Positions 1-11,600 of a DNA stretch of 29,172 nt are shown here, one piece after another. The DNA comes from Tubiluchus corallicola. Lineage: Eukaryota > Animalia > Priapulida. The translations under genes and the position numbers were made by a program. The stretch spans positions 1-29,172 of the forward strand of contig JAQGDQ010001692.1 of the NCBI GenBank assembly GCA_030141605.1. The letters are read 5' to 3'. Under the pieces are notes generated by a model. That model worked only from the letters and a program-made list of their open reading frames with translations, searched no databases and was not told the DNA's origin. Each line of letters begins with the position of its first letter. The first letter of the stretch is position 1.

Positions 1-63
1 TAGCTGGTTCTATGGCTTGTTGAAGAGCTATCTTCACTGGAACATCATCAGGAAGTTCAATAA
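1..63 (-). mobile_element. LINE reverse-transcriptase 3' fragment (second copy, cut by window edge)
   Basis: About 50 nt near-identical to 4979-5030 (tagctggttctatggcttgttgaagagctatcttcactggaa). Confidence 0.65.
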
Positions 64-1006
64 CTTTGACCATTAGATTAGAAACTTAGAGATATCAGGT
101 GGTGCAAAAAAAATGTGCCGGAGTTTTGATCACACATTATAAGAAGGAAGCACAAAATTGTTTGAAAACTACCACACTGATGTTACAGAGAATTGTGTAT
201 AAACAGCAAAAATTTTAGGTAACTTGTTTCTTTAGATTTGTCTAAAGACACAGAAGTTTCAAATCCAAAAATCAAAAAAAATAAATGATCAAAAATTGTT
301 GAAATTTACAGCAAATGCTTCACGTGTCCATCATTTTCAAATTATCATTAGAACTAAGATAATCTCATAAAATGAATCAGCTATTTATTTGGAATCAGAT
401 CATAGAAAATCGTTAAATAAAAACAAAAATACCAACGATGTAGGCAAATATAATTACAGGGGGGGGGGGGGAGAAGGAGTGCTCCGTATTTAAGTAGTAA
501 GTACACATCTCTTGGAAATGTTTAGTTTAATCACTAGATTGACTGTTAGTACTATTATTATTTGTCAAAGATAGTGGTGCAAAATTTACGTCGGGTATTA
601 GTCATCATTGGTGGAATTTACCATCAACTGTGTATAATTTAATATGATAGTTATATACATATATACATTGTAGAACAAATATGGCGAAATATTTCATTAG
701 CTATATGGGACCAGTCCTATGGAATAGACTAGGCCGCAATTCAAAATGTAGTCACTCCATTAAAAAAACCGTCAGAAAAGAAATATTTCAAAAGTATTGA
801 GAGTAACACAGTTTAATAATGGTAATCACCTGCATTCTTTTTCCACAGTAATCTTAATAAAACGTGACTATGCTCAACAGGTTACTGAACACTTTATAAT
901 CATGATCACAGTTTTTCTTAGTTCTCGCTCCATTTCATCTTTCATTCACTACTCCCCCCACTTTTATGTATATATTATCATTATTTCAATTATTAATCTT
1001 TTTTTT

Positions 1007-1215
1007 AAGATTTCCACGTACAGTTTGGCCTGTCAAGCTATGCTTTTAGGCTCAAACTGTATGCATCAAAATTATTCTGTAATGTAATTTGCACATGTAT
1101 ATGCTGCATTTTGTAATTTCTGGATAATACTGCATTTATATTTACTTCAGTGAAATTATCTGTATTTTTATTATTATTGTTAGATGCAGAGTGGAAATAA
1201 ATAAACTTATACTTA
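1007..1215 (+). mobile_element. ~210-bp dispersed repeat (SINE or LINE 3' tail ending AATAAA + ACTTA-type repeats)
   Basis: Highly similar inverted copy at 28092-28327 with the same 5' boundary. Confidence 0.65.
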
Positions 1216-1632
1216 TATGTGTTTATTAGTTTTCTTATTAACTGAACATTTTGGTAAAACTTTTGCACTGAGAATGGGACCTGTATGGAGCCTGCAAAGG
1301 GCCACATTGAGAAAATCTACCAATTCCACGAATTATTATGCCGTGCATCCGATATAATTATTAATCCATGCGCACGATCTGGGGCATATTAATCAATAGT
1401 CTAAGTAGGGTATAACTTAGGGTGCCAAAGTTTGAGGGGCGTCACATTTTGGAAAAAAATTCTTATTCTCCTTGGAAAATGTGTAACTTTCATATTCATG
1501 TAAAGAGCGCATTTTATAACACGTCACAGGCAGTTACGCAGCTTTTACATAAGTGCCACATAACGAACAGGTGCAAGGTATTACACAACAAGGAGTTGCA
1601 CTGCCTGCTTGAATATATGCGCTATGGAAATA

Positions 1633-2096
1633 CAGTCAACTTCGGGTATAATAAGCTTATAAGGGACCACCAACACCAATCCCAATTTTTCGTAACGTTT
1701 TTCATATGTAAAAATCTTCGTCTATAAGGAACTTTCGGTTATAAGGAACGATATCTTCAGGTCCCGCGTATTAGAAACCCAGGTAAATTACCTCGCATAT
1801 AAGGGACCCTCTATGATCAAAGCTAAATTGACCGATTTTTAATCTCAATTTTTCGCAAACTCGGCCTTCGAACAGCTCGGTTTCCGTGGTCACATACATC
1901 TGGCATCACTGATGGAGCTTCCTACATGCCGTTTGCACTGAATGTGTGGCAATAATCCATCAAAATATGGATAAAAGTGCAGAAAAGTACAAGTCTAGAT
2001 ACACCCTCGGTCTGACTCAACTTCGCCTATAAGGGACATCGGATATATGGGGTGTTTTTTTAGTCCCGAGGTGCCCCTTATATCCGACGTTGACTT
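1633..2096. mobile_element. TA-flanked pogo/Tigger-like MITE
   Basis: ta|CAGTCAACTTCGG ... CCGACGTTGACTT|ta imperfect TIRs; five subterminal TATAAGG(G/A)AC motifs. Confidence 0.7.
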
Positions 2097-3282
2097 TACA
2101 TGAAACTAAGCAGATGATCAATTCATTTACTAGTTGATTGATGGACTGACCAACTCATTGACTGACTACCTGATTGAATGAATGAAAGACGGATTTGTTG
2201 CTTGAAGAAATGGCTGAGTGTCTCACTGACTATTAGATTAGCTAGCTGGAGAGTGGAGAGATATATAATTGTTTATAAACTTGTCAAGTAATATGTGTTA
2301 GTGATTTAGTGCTATAAATAGAAAACTGTATCAAAAAGTAAGTTAGAATTGTATACAAAACTGTGTAAAAATGTCTTAGACAGTCTGACTGAAGCAATAT
2401 AGTGGTGTAAAGTGCTGACAGATTATCGTTGCTAGGTTTTCAAACAAAAACAGACATATTCACTTGAACAATTCAGCTTATTTAAAGCAAAACTGGACCC
2501 AATGTTAAACTGGAGGTCAAAGCAATCTACTCTTTAAAATATTGAAAGGAAATATACTATTTTTTCAAGAATAACTCACGTGAAAGAACTACTACCACGC
2601 AAATGCAATTTCCCGTTTACGCCACTGGTTCTTCGCTGTTACATGTTTCGCCCCATTCACTAGTTAGACGGTACTAGCGCCTGCATTTCACAAAAGCATT
2701 GCACAAAATACAGGTACTGTACCTTCCAATTCAGATGTGTTAATTTGTGACGAACTACACACATTTGACAGGTCACACGTGAGCACGGCAGTAAGTTTGA
2801 AATTTGAAAAGTTATCTTAAAACTTGCCTAGTTTTAGTACAAAACACTGAATATCTTACAGTAGCACTGTACTTCACTTGTCTCTTTCGCAAACACGTGC
2901 AACACGCTCGTGTAATATTTTTTCTGTTGAAAATTACGTTAGTTTGTGATGTCATTAATAGTTGGGCTCACCCGCCGTTAATTAAGTTTTGAATCTATTA
3001 TTTAATTATCAGAAATTCTTTTGCAGTATTATTGGTGTTAAAATGTTTGCTTGTAAAATGTATTATTGGTATAAAATGAAAAATCATCCTGTCTTCCTTT
3101 GAACTAGTAACCACAATTTTATATTTACAGCAAGTATTATACATCATGTTACAAATTCTGAAAGGAATTGTTAATACGGATACATTACCCGTTGTAACAT
3201 TTTCAATACATGACAGATTAGATCCAACTGATTAGATCCAATCAAAAATTGTCCTACAGTACTTCATTAACATTATTAATAC

Positions 3283-4309
3283 CAGTGGCGCCTCGTGTAT
3301 AAGTACTGTGGAACTGCAGCACCCCCTATTTTCGCTCAGCATTATTGACAATATTCAATATAAATGTCTTTTTTCTTTGTCAAATGTCTCTGTACTCGCA
3401 CAACTTTGTTTTCGACCAGAAAATTCGAGCTGAAATTGTCTCCGTTCTCGACCAGAATTTCGGTACTCGACCAACCGCCAAACACGTGATAAACGCATGT
3501 GCAGCGAGCCGAGTAGAGCCGAGCGTAACCGACCACGCCCGAGAGTAGTCACGCACGTGTTTCTGCTCTTGCTTATGTATACCATCAAACTGCTACCAAC
3601 ACGCAAGGTTTTTCATGTAGGAATAATCACGTTTTTCTTTCAAAGTAATTCTATTATGATTTTCTTATCAATTATATCATGTCTGCTGTTTGAATAAACA
3701 TTTTTGCATTAGTATGTTTCATTTTAGTAATACTTTCCAGTTCATTTGGTGCTTGAGAACGAATTATTTGCTTTTACATTATTACTTATGGGAATAAATG
3801 ATTCGGTTCTCAACCAAATAGGTTTTCAAACAGTTTTTAGGAACGAATTATGGTCGAAAACAGAAAACAGAGGTACTAGTGTACTCGTACAGAACAAAAG
3901 TACGTGAAGGTAGTAGTGCTTGCAGTACAGCCCTGCACAGTGGTGTGTTTGGCTGTTGCGTGCATGCGGCCATGGGCACAGTGTCTGAGATAACACACTG
4001 CAATGCTGCACTGCAAGCGTCTGCTATTAGCTAGAGAGAATACTGTTGCTCACACAGTATTGTCAGTTGTCACGCGTGCACCGGCATATTCTTGAATTGC
4101 AGCAATTTAGGCTATTTGTCAGCAAACAATATTTTTTGTTTAGGATTTTACCAAACTTATGTATCATTTTTTGTATGTTTGTTTGTTTAAAATTAAAATT
4201 ACAACATTAAAATTACACACGTTTGTTTCGTTTTACACAGCATTAAAACAATGGGCTAAAAAATTTCTGAAGCAGCGCCCCCAGTAATTTTAACTACGAG
4301 CTGGCACTG
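3283..4309. mobile_element. hAT-like non-autonomous element
   Basis: CAGTGGCGCCTCGT / CAGTGCCAGCTCGT TIRs (11/14); GCAGC(A/G)CCCCC near both ends; degenerate 8-bp TSD attaatac/cttaacat. Confidence 0.5.
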
Positions 4310-4816
4310 CTTAACATTTTACATTGAAACCAAATCAAGAGAAACTTGGTCGTTTGTAAAGCTCGAAAAGGAACACAAAGTTCAAATCTGAGGTGCACTG
4401 AACGTATTTTGCAATAACGAATCTGCCACTGTCTGAAAAGACAGACGTGTTCAATATCAGAGTTTATGAAAGCAGCAAATTTTCAAGCAGTAAATGCGGC
4501 ACAGGTAAACTTTGCCTTCCGTCACAGTCCTTTCCGGCATCAATAGTTTAACTCAAGTCAATTCAGTTCTTGTTTATTTCTTTCACACTCGAACCATCAA
4601 CAGACTGTTTCCGATGATCTCACAGAGCTGCCGTCGTACTGCGAGGACCGGAAGCAGTGGCGTGCGATGGTTCGGGATGCTACCTGTGCTGGCCTGCCTC
4701 CACCTGGTGGGGGTAGCAAGTAGTAACAGACTGTTTCCTGTCACCCGTATCAGTTGATGCACCCCACTTTTCGTTTCAAGATCGTCCAATTTGGAAAGTC
4801 ATCATCATCCAATGAA

Positions 4817-5125
4817 TCACACGTCCAGGGACATGATTCTGCTCACCTCTCTACGCCAGGACTCCTTGCTTACCGCAATGCCCCAAGTGGATTTATTTCT
4901 AAGGATCAATGCTGAAGTGTTTAAATCTTTCTGTGCAAAATCTAAATATGTTAACACTTGTCCTCCTGCAGGTTTTTTAGCTGGTTCTATGGCTTGTTGA
5001 AGAGCTATCTTCACTGGAATATCATCAGGTAGTCTAAGCATATGCTCAATCCATCTTAAACGGCGTCTTTTTATTTTTCTTGTCCAAGGTTCTTCTTTTA
5101 GTTTTTCATATAGATGGAAAGTCAA
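4817..5125 (-). mobile_element. 5'-truncated non-LTR retrotransposon (LINE) ORF2 C-terminal remnant
   Basis: LYEKLKEEPWTRKIKRRRLRWIEHMLRLPDDIPVKIAL matches the RRLRWxGHxxR post-RT motif typical of RTE-like LINEs. Confidence 0.75.
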
Positions 5126-5263
5126 CTCTGTCAGTTAACTTGGCTACATAATCCTTGCCCTCAGTCACTTCATTCCTGGAGTTCAATAATAGTCTTGAAT
5201 TTCTCCATCAGAACACGTTACTGATGACGTTACGTTCGTTTTCGTTCTGCTTACCGGCACGCG

Positions 5264-5698
5264 TTACCTTCCTTCATCTACGTCAACCACATTAATAACA
5301 TCGTCCACTCTGGTTTCACTTGCACTGTTCACATGATCTAATGGAGGAACAATGCATATTTCCTCTTGAGCCTGTGATAATTTTTCACCATTGTTTGATT
5401 GCAAATCCGCAACAACCAGTTCATTACCTGCAGGTTCTGTTTCGGCAGTGCGTTCAATAATTGCCGGACAGACGAGCCGCATTTCCGCTACTTCAACTGC
5501 ACCTTGTTCTGCCATTGAAGAGATTACACTTTCTGACTGTCTGTTTAAACTGTCGCTCTCTGGGCTTTGTTCCGTGACCGGCGGAGGAGATATTATCAGT
5601 TCTCCGTCCTGCAACTGCACATAGTGACCCGTGTGCGCGATGGCCGCCTCTCCATTAGACAACTGGACGAAGTGACCGCCCTCAATTTGGACAATCAT
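5264..5698 (-). CDS. Coding exon 19 (probable last exon; VQLxxG repeats, acidic)
   Basis: tttttctag|ATG ATT; 144 codons to TAA. The stop overlaps a possible donor (AAG|gtaacg), so the 3' end is uncertain. Confidence 0.78.
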   Translation of the reverse strand: MIVQIEGGHFVQLSNGEAAIAHTGHYVQLQDGELIISPPPVTEQSPESDSLNRQSESVISSMAEQGAVEVAEMRLVCPAIIERTAETEPAGNELVVADLQSNNGEKLSQAQEEICIVPPLDHVNSASETRVDDVINVVDVDEGR

Positions 5699-8600
5699 CT
5701 AGAAAAAGAAAATTTGTTAAAATGGCGCTTGCGGATTTGAAATCCGGTTTCTTAGTTAATGAAGCGAGCTACGTTGTCCACAGTAACTAGTCGAATGCAA
5801 TCTGGGAGATTTACTAACTGCAGTAAAACACAGTAAAATTCCCAGACATGCTTTAACCCCTAGCTGCTGTCATTAACAGTGGTACGATCTAACCACAACC
5901 ACAAAGCTACTTTTAAAATCAGAAGCCAAACACCTGTAGTTACATAAATGCGTTGGAATACATCAGTAACAGCAGAAGGGTGAATAAGGGAACTTTGTCG
6001 GGGCATTTTACCACGTTTAGTGCATTTTACTGCACACGTATTTAATAAACATACTCTGCCTGGTCTGTCCAAGTTCACTGTGAGTTTGAACGCAAATACA
6101 AGTCAACTGGAACCTTATAGCACCAGCATCTTACTCCTGTCTCAAGATGCTGATAACAGCTTTATCCGGTTCGACTTTATTAGGCGTACAGACAAATGGG
6201 TGTGACTAAATGCCCTACCCCCGCACCTACTACCATCGTGGGGTCTTAAACTGGTGCCAAAGTTGTACTTACTTGTCCACTTTCGGTTTGCAGTATCACG
6301 GGACTCTCTTCTTCCGTTATCAGTTCAGCTGCGTCCAGTTCCACTGTTTGCTCTACTTCGCTGCTGCCATCTACAATTTGTTGCTCCTGAAGAAAGAGGG
6401 TTGTTAAAAATGTGCAATGTCTGAACAGTTCTTAACAAGAACAGCAAATTTCTGGCTTACGGATATAGGAATACGCCATTGTTTTCTATCTGCTGTCCAG
6501 TTCTCTTATGAGACTAAAAGCGAATATGAAAAATTATACTGACTAGCAATGCAAATACTGGCCAGATGATAAGTGACCACCCACACTGCTTCAAATTTGT
6601 TGGTAAACGACATCGGCAACACCGACGATGACAACAGCAATGGAAACAGAAGCAACATCAACATCAATAGCAACGACAAACAACAACAGCAGCAGCAGCA
6701 GCAGCAACAACAAGAACAACAAACAAAAACAACGTCAATAGCAACAACAACAACATAAACACCACCAACACAAGCTGCAGTAGCAACAAGAAAAACAACA
6801 ACAATAGCAACAACAAACAAAAACAACAACAACAAAAAACAAAAACAACAACAAACAAAAACAACAACAACGATAGCAATATGAGCAGCAACGACTTTAA
6901 AACCAAGTGATGGCAGCACAGAATAAAGGATTCACAACTTTGACACTTTTTGACACCAATTCACTCAGCTCTTATCTGAATATATCACAAGCCACGCTAA
7001 TGATCAATTGCTATTATTTGAACAAAAACAATAGTTACAATTACATGAAAACTAATTTCTAGGATATCAGTCTAGTGCCTACCTCAAGAAACTTTAAAAT
7101 AGCACCAGCGTTTTCCTCCGGAAGAACTGTAATTTCCGTCACTTCATTTTCGTCCTGAGCGGTCGTCGTCGTCACGACTTGTTCCATGGCATTGTCTGTT
7201 GCTATGGCAACACCATCCTAATTTAACAAAACTCACATTACGATTCATGGGAGATAACGGCTTTTTTGCAGCGAGCAATAATTAGAGATCGTTTACGTTT
7301 TAGCTTACAAAAGCACAAGAATTGCGTACCTCTAAGCCATCGCCAGTTGACAACGGCACTTTTCTGTGTTTCCGTCCCAAATGTCTCAACATGTACTTCT
7401 GGTTTACAGTCGTGTAGCAACAAAAAGGGCAGCGGTGTACCAAACTGCTGCCGGGATGCTTCCGTAACAGGTGTATCCTACAAGCAATTAAAATACTAAT
7501 GAGTGAAATGAATAATTGTGTGCTTGCATAGCAAAATCATCCATAAGTTGGCAATTAAGCTTTTCTAGTCATTCACATATCCTGAATCTGCATTTTATGA
7601 GGATCATTTTGATACCAAGTTCATCACTCTACGTTATTTCTAAGCTGAGATAATCCATGTTGAAGTTGAGGTGCAGGCTGCACACTGAAAAACATAATCT
7701 TGAGAAAATCTCTGTTAAAGTCAGCCATTGTTTTTTGTCACGTTTCTACAAAATACTTATCAACCGCACAAATGTTGGTTGCTGCGGACTTTGCAAGAAC
7801 ACATTGAAGTTATGTTTAAACCCAGTAGATGGCTCTTCCTGACAAATATCTTGGCTTGTCAACAGAAAAACCCAAAGCAAAATGACTGCTTCCATGAGCT
7901 ACTATTGGAGTTTGAAAATACAAGTTTTTTACAATTGTACTACTAGTTTCTAGATAGAAAAATGGATTTGGGATTATAAAATTAGATTCTTAGTATTTTT
8001 TGAACATTTTCTTGATAATTTGATTCTAGAAAATAAAAGTCCAATATATTTAATTTAGTGTTTGTTTTCATTTCTACAAAAAACAAAAAATTGACATTTG
8101 ACCAAGTTTTTGGTGTATTTTACTTTGAAGCGCCATAATGTAGTTTTAACTGTGCCGAATTATGGTGATGAATGTTGCAAGAAATTTTTACTCTAGGAAT
8201 TTTGCCATGTATGGTCTGTGTGAAATGGGCCTTAGCACCAACGCATTGCGTTAGTTACAGAACAGCACTGTATCAAAGATGCCGTAAACATCTTTGGCAG
8301 AGGTGCTGCCGCACACAGCAGAATCCAGTAATTATCATACCTGAACGGCGTGGATTCAGTAGTGTCCCACGAGCAGTATGGACAGACGTACGGTCGAACA
8401 CCGGAGTGCCGGATCTTATGACATCTGAGCGAACTCCGGTGGGTGGTTTGGAAAGTGCAGCCGGGAACATCGCATTTGAACGGTTTCACGCCTAAATAGA
8501 AATAGCACTATAAGCATGTATTCTCAAAGATTTCCTCTACTGCCTAATGCTCGAAGCATTACTTGAGGAGTTTCGATCATCCATGGCCCCAATAAGTGTC

Positions 8601-11600
8601 CTTCAAGGTGCCTAACTGTTGATTTAGGTCTGGACATCCATTAGAAGCAGATACTAATTGAACCTTATTTTATTGTCATGTATTAATTTAATAAAAACTG
8701 ATTAGAAAGCACATTTAATTTTGAGTAAAGAAGACATGTTAATATCTATTACTGTCATTATTTGCAGCCCTGAGGGAGATAATAGCTGAGAATAGCTCAT
8801 TATTCACTTCATTAATTTTGATTTCTGGCAACGATGGGTGAAAAACATTCACATAATAATTTAAATTTAAAAAATAGGCTCATGTCGGTTTCCCGGACTT
8901 TGCTTTCACGGATATCGGAAAATTCGGACAAAATCTGGTCTGTTAAAAAGTCCCACATGTTATAGACACAGTGCATTATTTTGTTAGCTCACTGCTATTT
9001 GGCGAGCCATCATTTTGTTTACATCCAAGCAGCATGTAACGACACGTGTAGCTTGTATATCAGCATGTGTAAGTGGTTTAGAGTCAATTATGCAGAGCTA
9101 TTCGAGTCAATTGCCGACAGTTTTTGTATACTTTTGCATAGGAGCGACCAGTACTAGACGTTTCTGAGCCAATTAGATGATTGATTCTACATTACTGTTA
9201 ATCTAATACACAGTGCCTACTGTATTATCTTAGTATCGGTAAATTCGGACCGACGTCTCCCTCTTTTGTAACCTTTATGTATGGCGGGGGCCATCATTTC
9301 CGGACACCCTGTACTTTTGACAGTGTAAACATTACTGTACCTTTGTGTATGTTCATGTGAACGATCATCGATTCTTTACGCCGCGTCTTAAAATCGCATA
9401 GTCCACACTTTAACTCCTTCTTCAAGTGGGCAATGGCCAGGTGTTCGTTCATCTCCGTCTCGGATTGAAAAGATGATCTGTAAGATCAATAATCACGGTA
9501 GCGTGAAGCTCAAGAAAACATGTACGCTCTTTAAACTTTGTCTCCTTTACATGCTTCCTTACTCCGCACAGAGCTTGTATTACGACAAACTTCTGTGCAA
9601 TCAGGAATGTTATCTAAACAAAAATTTTGTTTCGGTTTACCGATAATTGTGCTGTCGGTTGAGTTTCGTTTTTGTCGAAAATTATTAGGTTTCGTAGCCG
9701 AAACTTTCGGTAATTTTCGGTAGCATTTTTCAGAAGTTTTAGTAGCATTTGTCCAGCATACCTTCTTTTCTCCTAGATGTTCAAAATCGCGGAAAAAAAT
9801 TGGTAAAATAGTTTAAATAAAGCGAAAATTTAACTTTTTCTACCACCTGTAGCATGCTTTTTACGGCAATGTGGCAAATCTTCAGTGCTGACAACTGTGA
9901 AGCTTTACGATCTCCAAGTAGGAGCTCTTTGTACATAATTTTGTTATTGTACGTGTCTCTGAGTACAAATAAATAGTAATAATAATAATAAAAGTCTGAA
10001 TATTCTATTTATCTAGTTACCTATAGTTATCCTTTACCTATTTTGTGTTTAGGTAAAGGAACCACAGGACTTAACGTCGCATACATGAAAACGAAATTCT
10101 GTGACTATCTAACAAAAGCTATAATACCTGCACATGGGGCAGTGTACGCCAGTACTGTTCTTCTTATAGTGGGGACCATGATATGTCGACGTCGCATACG
10201 TGAAAACGAAATGCTGTGACTATCTAACTAAAGCTATAATACCTGCACACGGGGCAGTGTACGCCAGTACTGTTCTTCTTGTAGTGGGGACCGTGATATC
10301 TCGACATCGCATACGTGAAAAGAAAATGCTATGACATTACACTATCTAACTAAAGCTATAATACCTGCACACGGGGCAGTGTATGCCAGTACTATTCTTC
10401 TTGTAGTGGGGACCGTGATATCTCGACATCGCATACGTGAAAACGAAATGCTGTGACTATCTTACTAAAGCTATAATACCTGCACACGGGGCAGTGTACT
10501 CCAGTACTGTTCTTCTTGTAGTGGGGACCGTGATATCTCGACATCGCATACGTGAAAACGAAATGCTGTGACTATCTTACTAAAGCTATAATACCTGCAC
10601 ACGGGGCAGTGTACGCCAGTACTGTTCTTCTTGTAGTGGGGACCGTGATATCTCGACGTCGCATACGTGAAAACAAAATGCTTTGACATTACACTATCTA
10701 ATTAAAGCTATAATACCTGCACACGGGGCAGTGTACGCCAGTACTATTCTTCTTGTAGTGGGGACCGTGATATCTCGACGTCGCATACGTGAAAACAAAA
10801 TGCTTTGACATTACACTATCTAACTAGAGCTATAATACCTGCACACGGGGCAGTGTACGCCAGTACTGTCCTTCTTGTAGTGAGGACCGTGATATCTCGA
10901 CGTCGCATACGTGAAAACAAAATGCTTTGACATTACACTATCTAACTAAAGCTATAATACCTGCACACGGGGCAGTGTACGCCAGTACTATTCTTCTTGT
11001 AGTGGGGACCGTGATATCTCGACGTCGCATACGTGAAAACAAAATGCTTTGACATTACACTATCTAACTAGAGCTATAATACCTGCACACGGTGCAGTGT
11101 ACGCCAGTACTGTTCTTCTTGTAGTGAGGACCGTGATATCTCGACGTCGCATACGTGAAAACAAAATGCTTTGACATTACACTATCTAACTAAAGCTATA
11201 ATACCTGCACACGGGGCAGTGTACGCCAGTACTGTTCTTCTTGTAGTGAGGACCGTGATATCTCTCGTGGTTCTTCATCAGCTTGTAAGTTTTGAACATT
11301 CGCAGGCAGACGGTACATTTATAGATGAACTTGTTACCGTGAACGCGTTTGTGATCCTCGAACCTGCAAGGTGTCAAATACGTATTAAAAGTTAAACAGC
11401 AATAGACCAATTGTGCTACTGGATGGGTGACGTCTATAAGATAATACAATGCAGCTCTCTGTAAGTTTACTGTAAGCGAGTACTTGAAGCATGAAAACAA
11501 TCAAACAAGATTGCTTAGAACTATAATAGTTCATAATAGGTATGAGCATTTTCTACCAAAAAACCGAATTGAATCAAATTTGTGACTTTCGAACTCGAAT

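Noticed and set aside
2545-3100. Possible Kolobok-like element (AAGGAA...TTCCTT ends)
   Set aside because: The TIR match is weak and there is no clean TTAA target duplication.
6506-6919. Poly-Q, poly-C and hydrophobic ORFs
   Set aside because: They are readings of a (CAA/CAG)n microsatellite; exons 17 and 18 join in frame without it.
9600-9890. TTCGGT-rich segment resembling hAT subterminal repeats
   Set aside because: No convincing TIR pair or TSD could be defined.
10073-11263. CRISPR-like appearance of regularly spaced repeats
   Set aside because: There are no unique spacers, whole units repeat, no cas genes are present, and the context is a eukaryotic intron.
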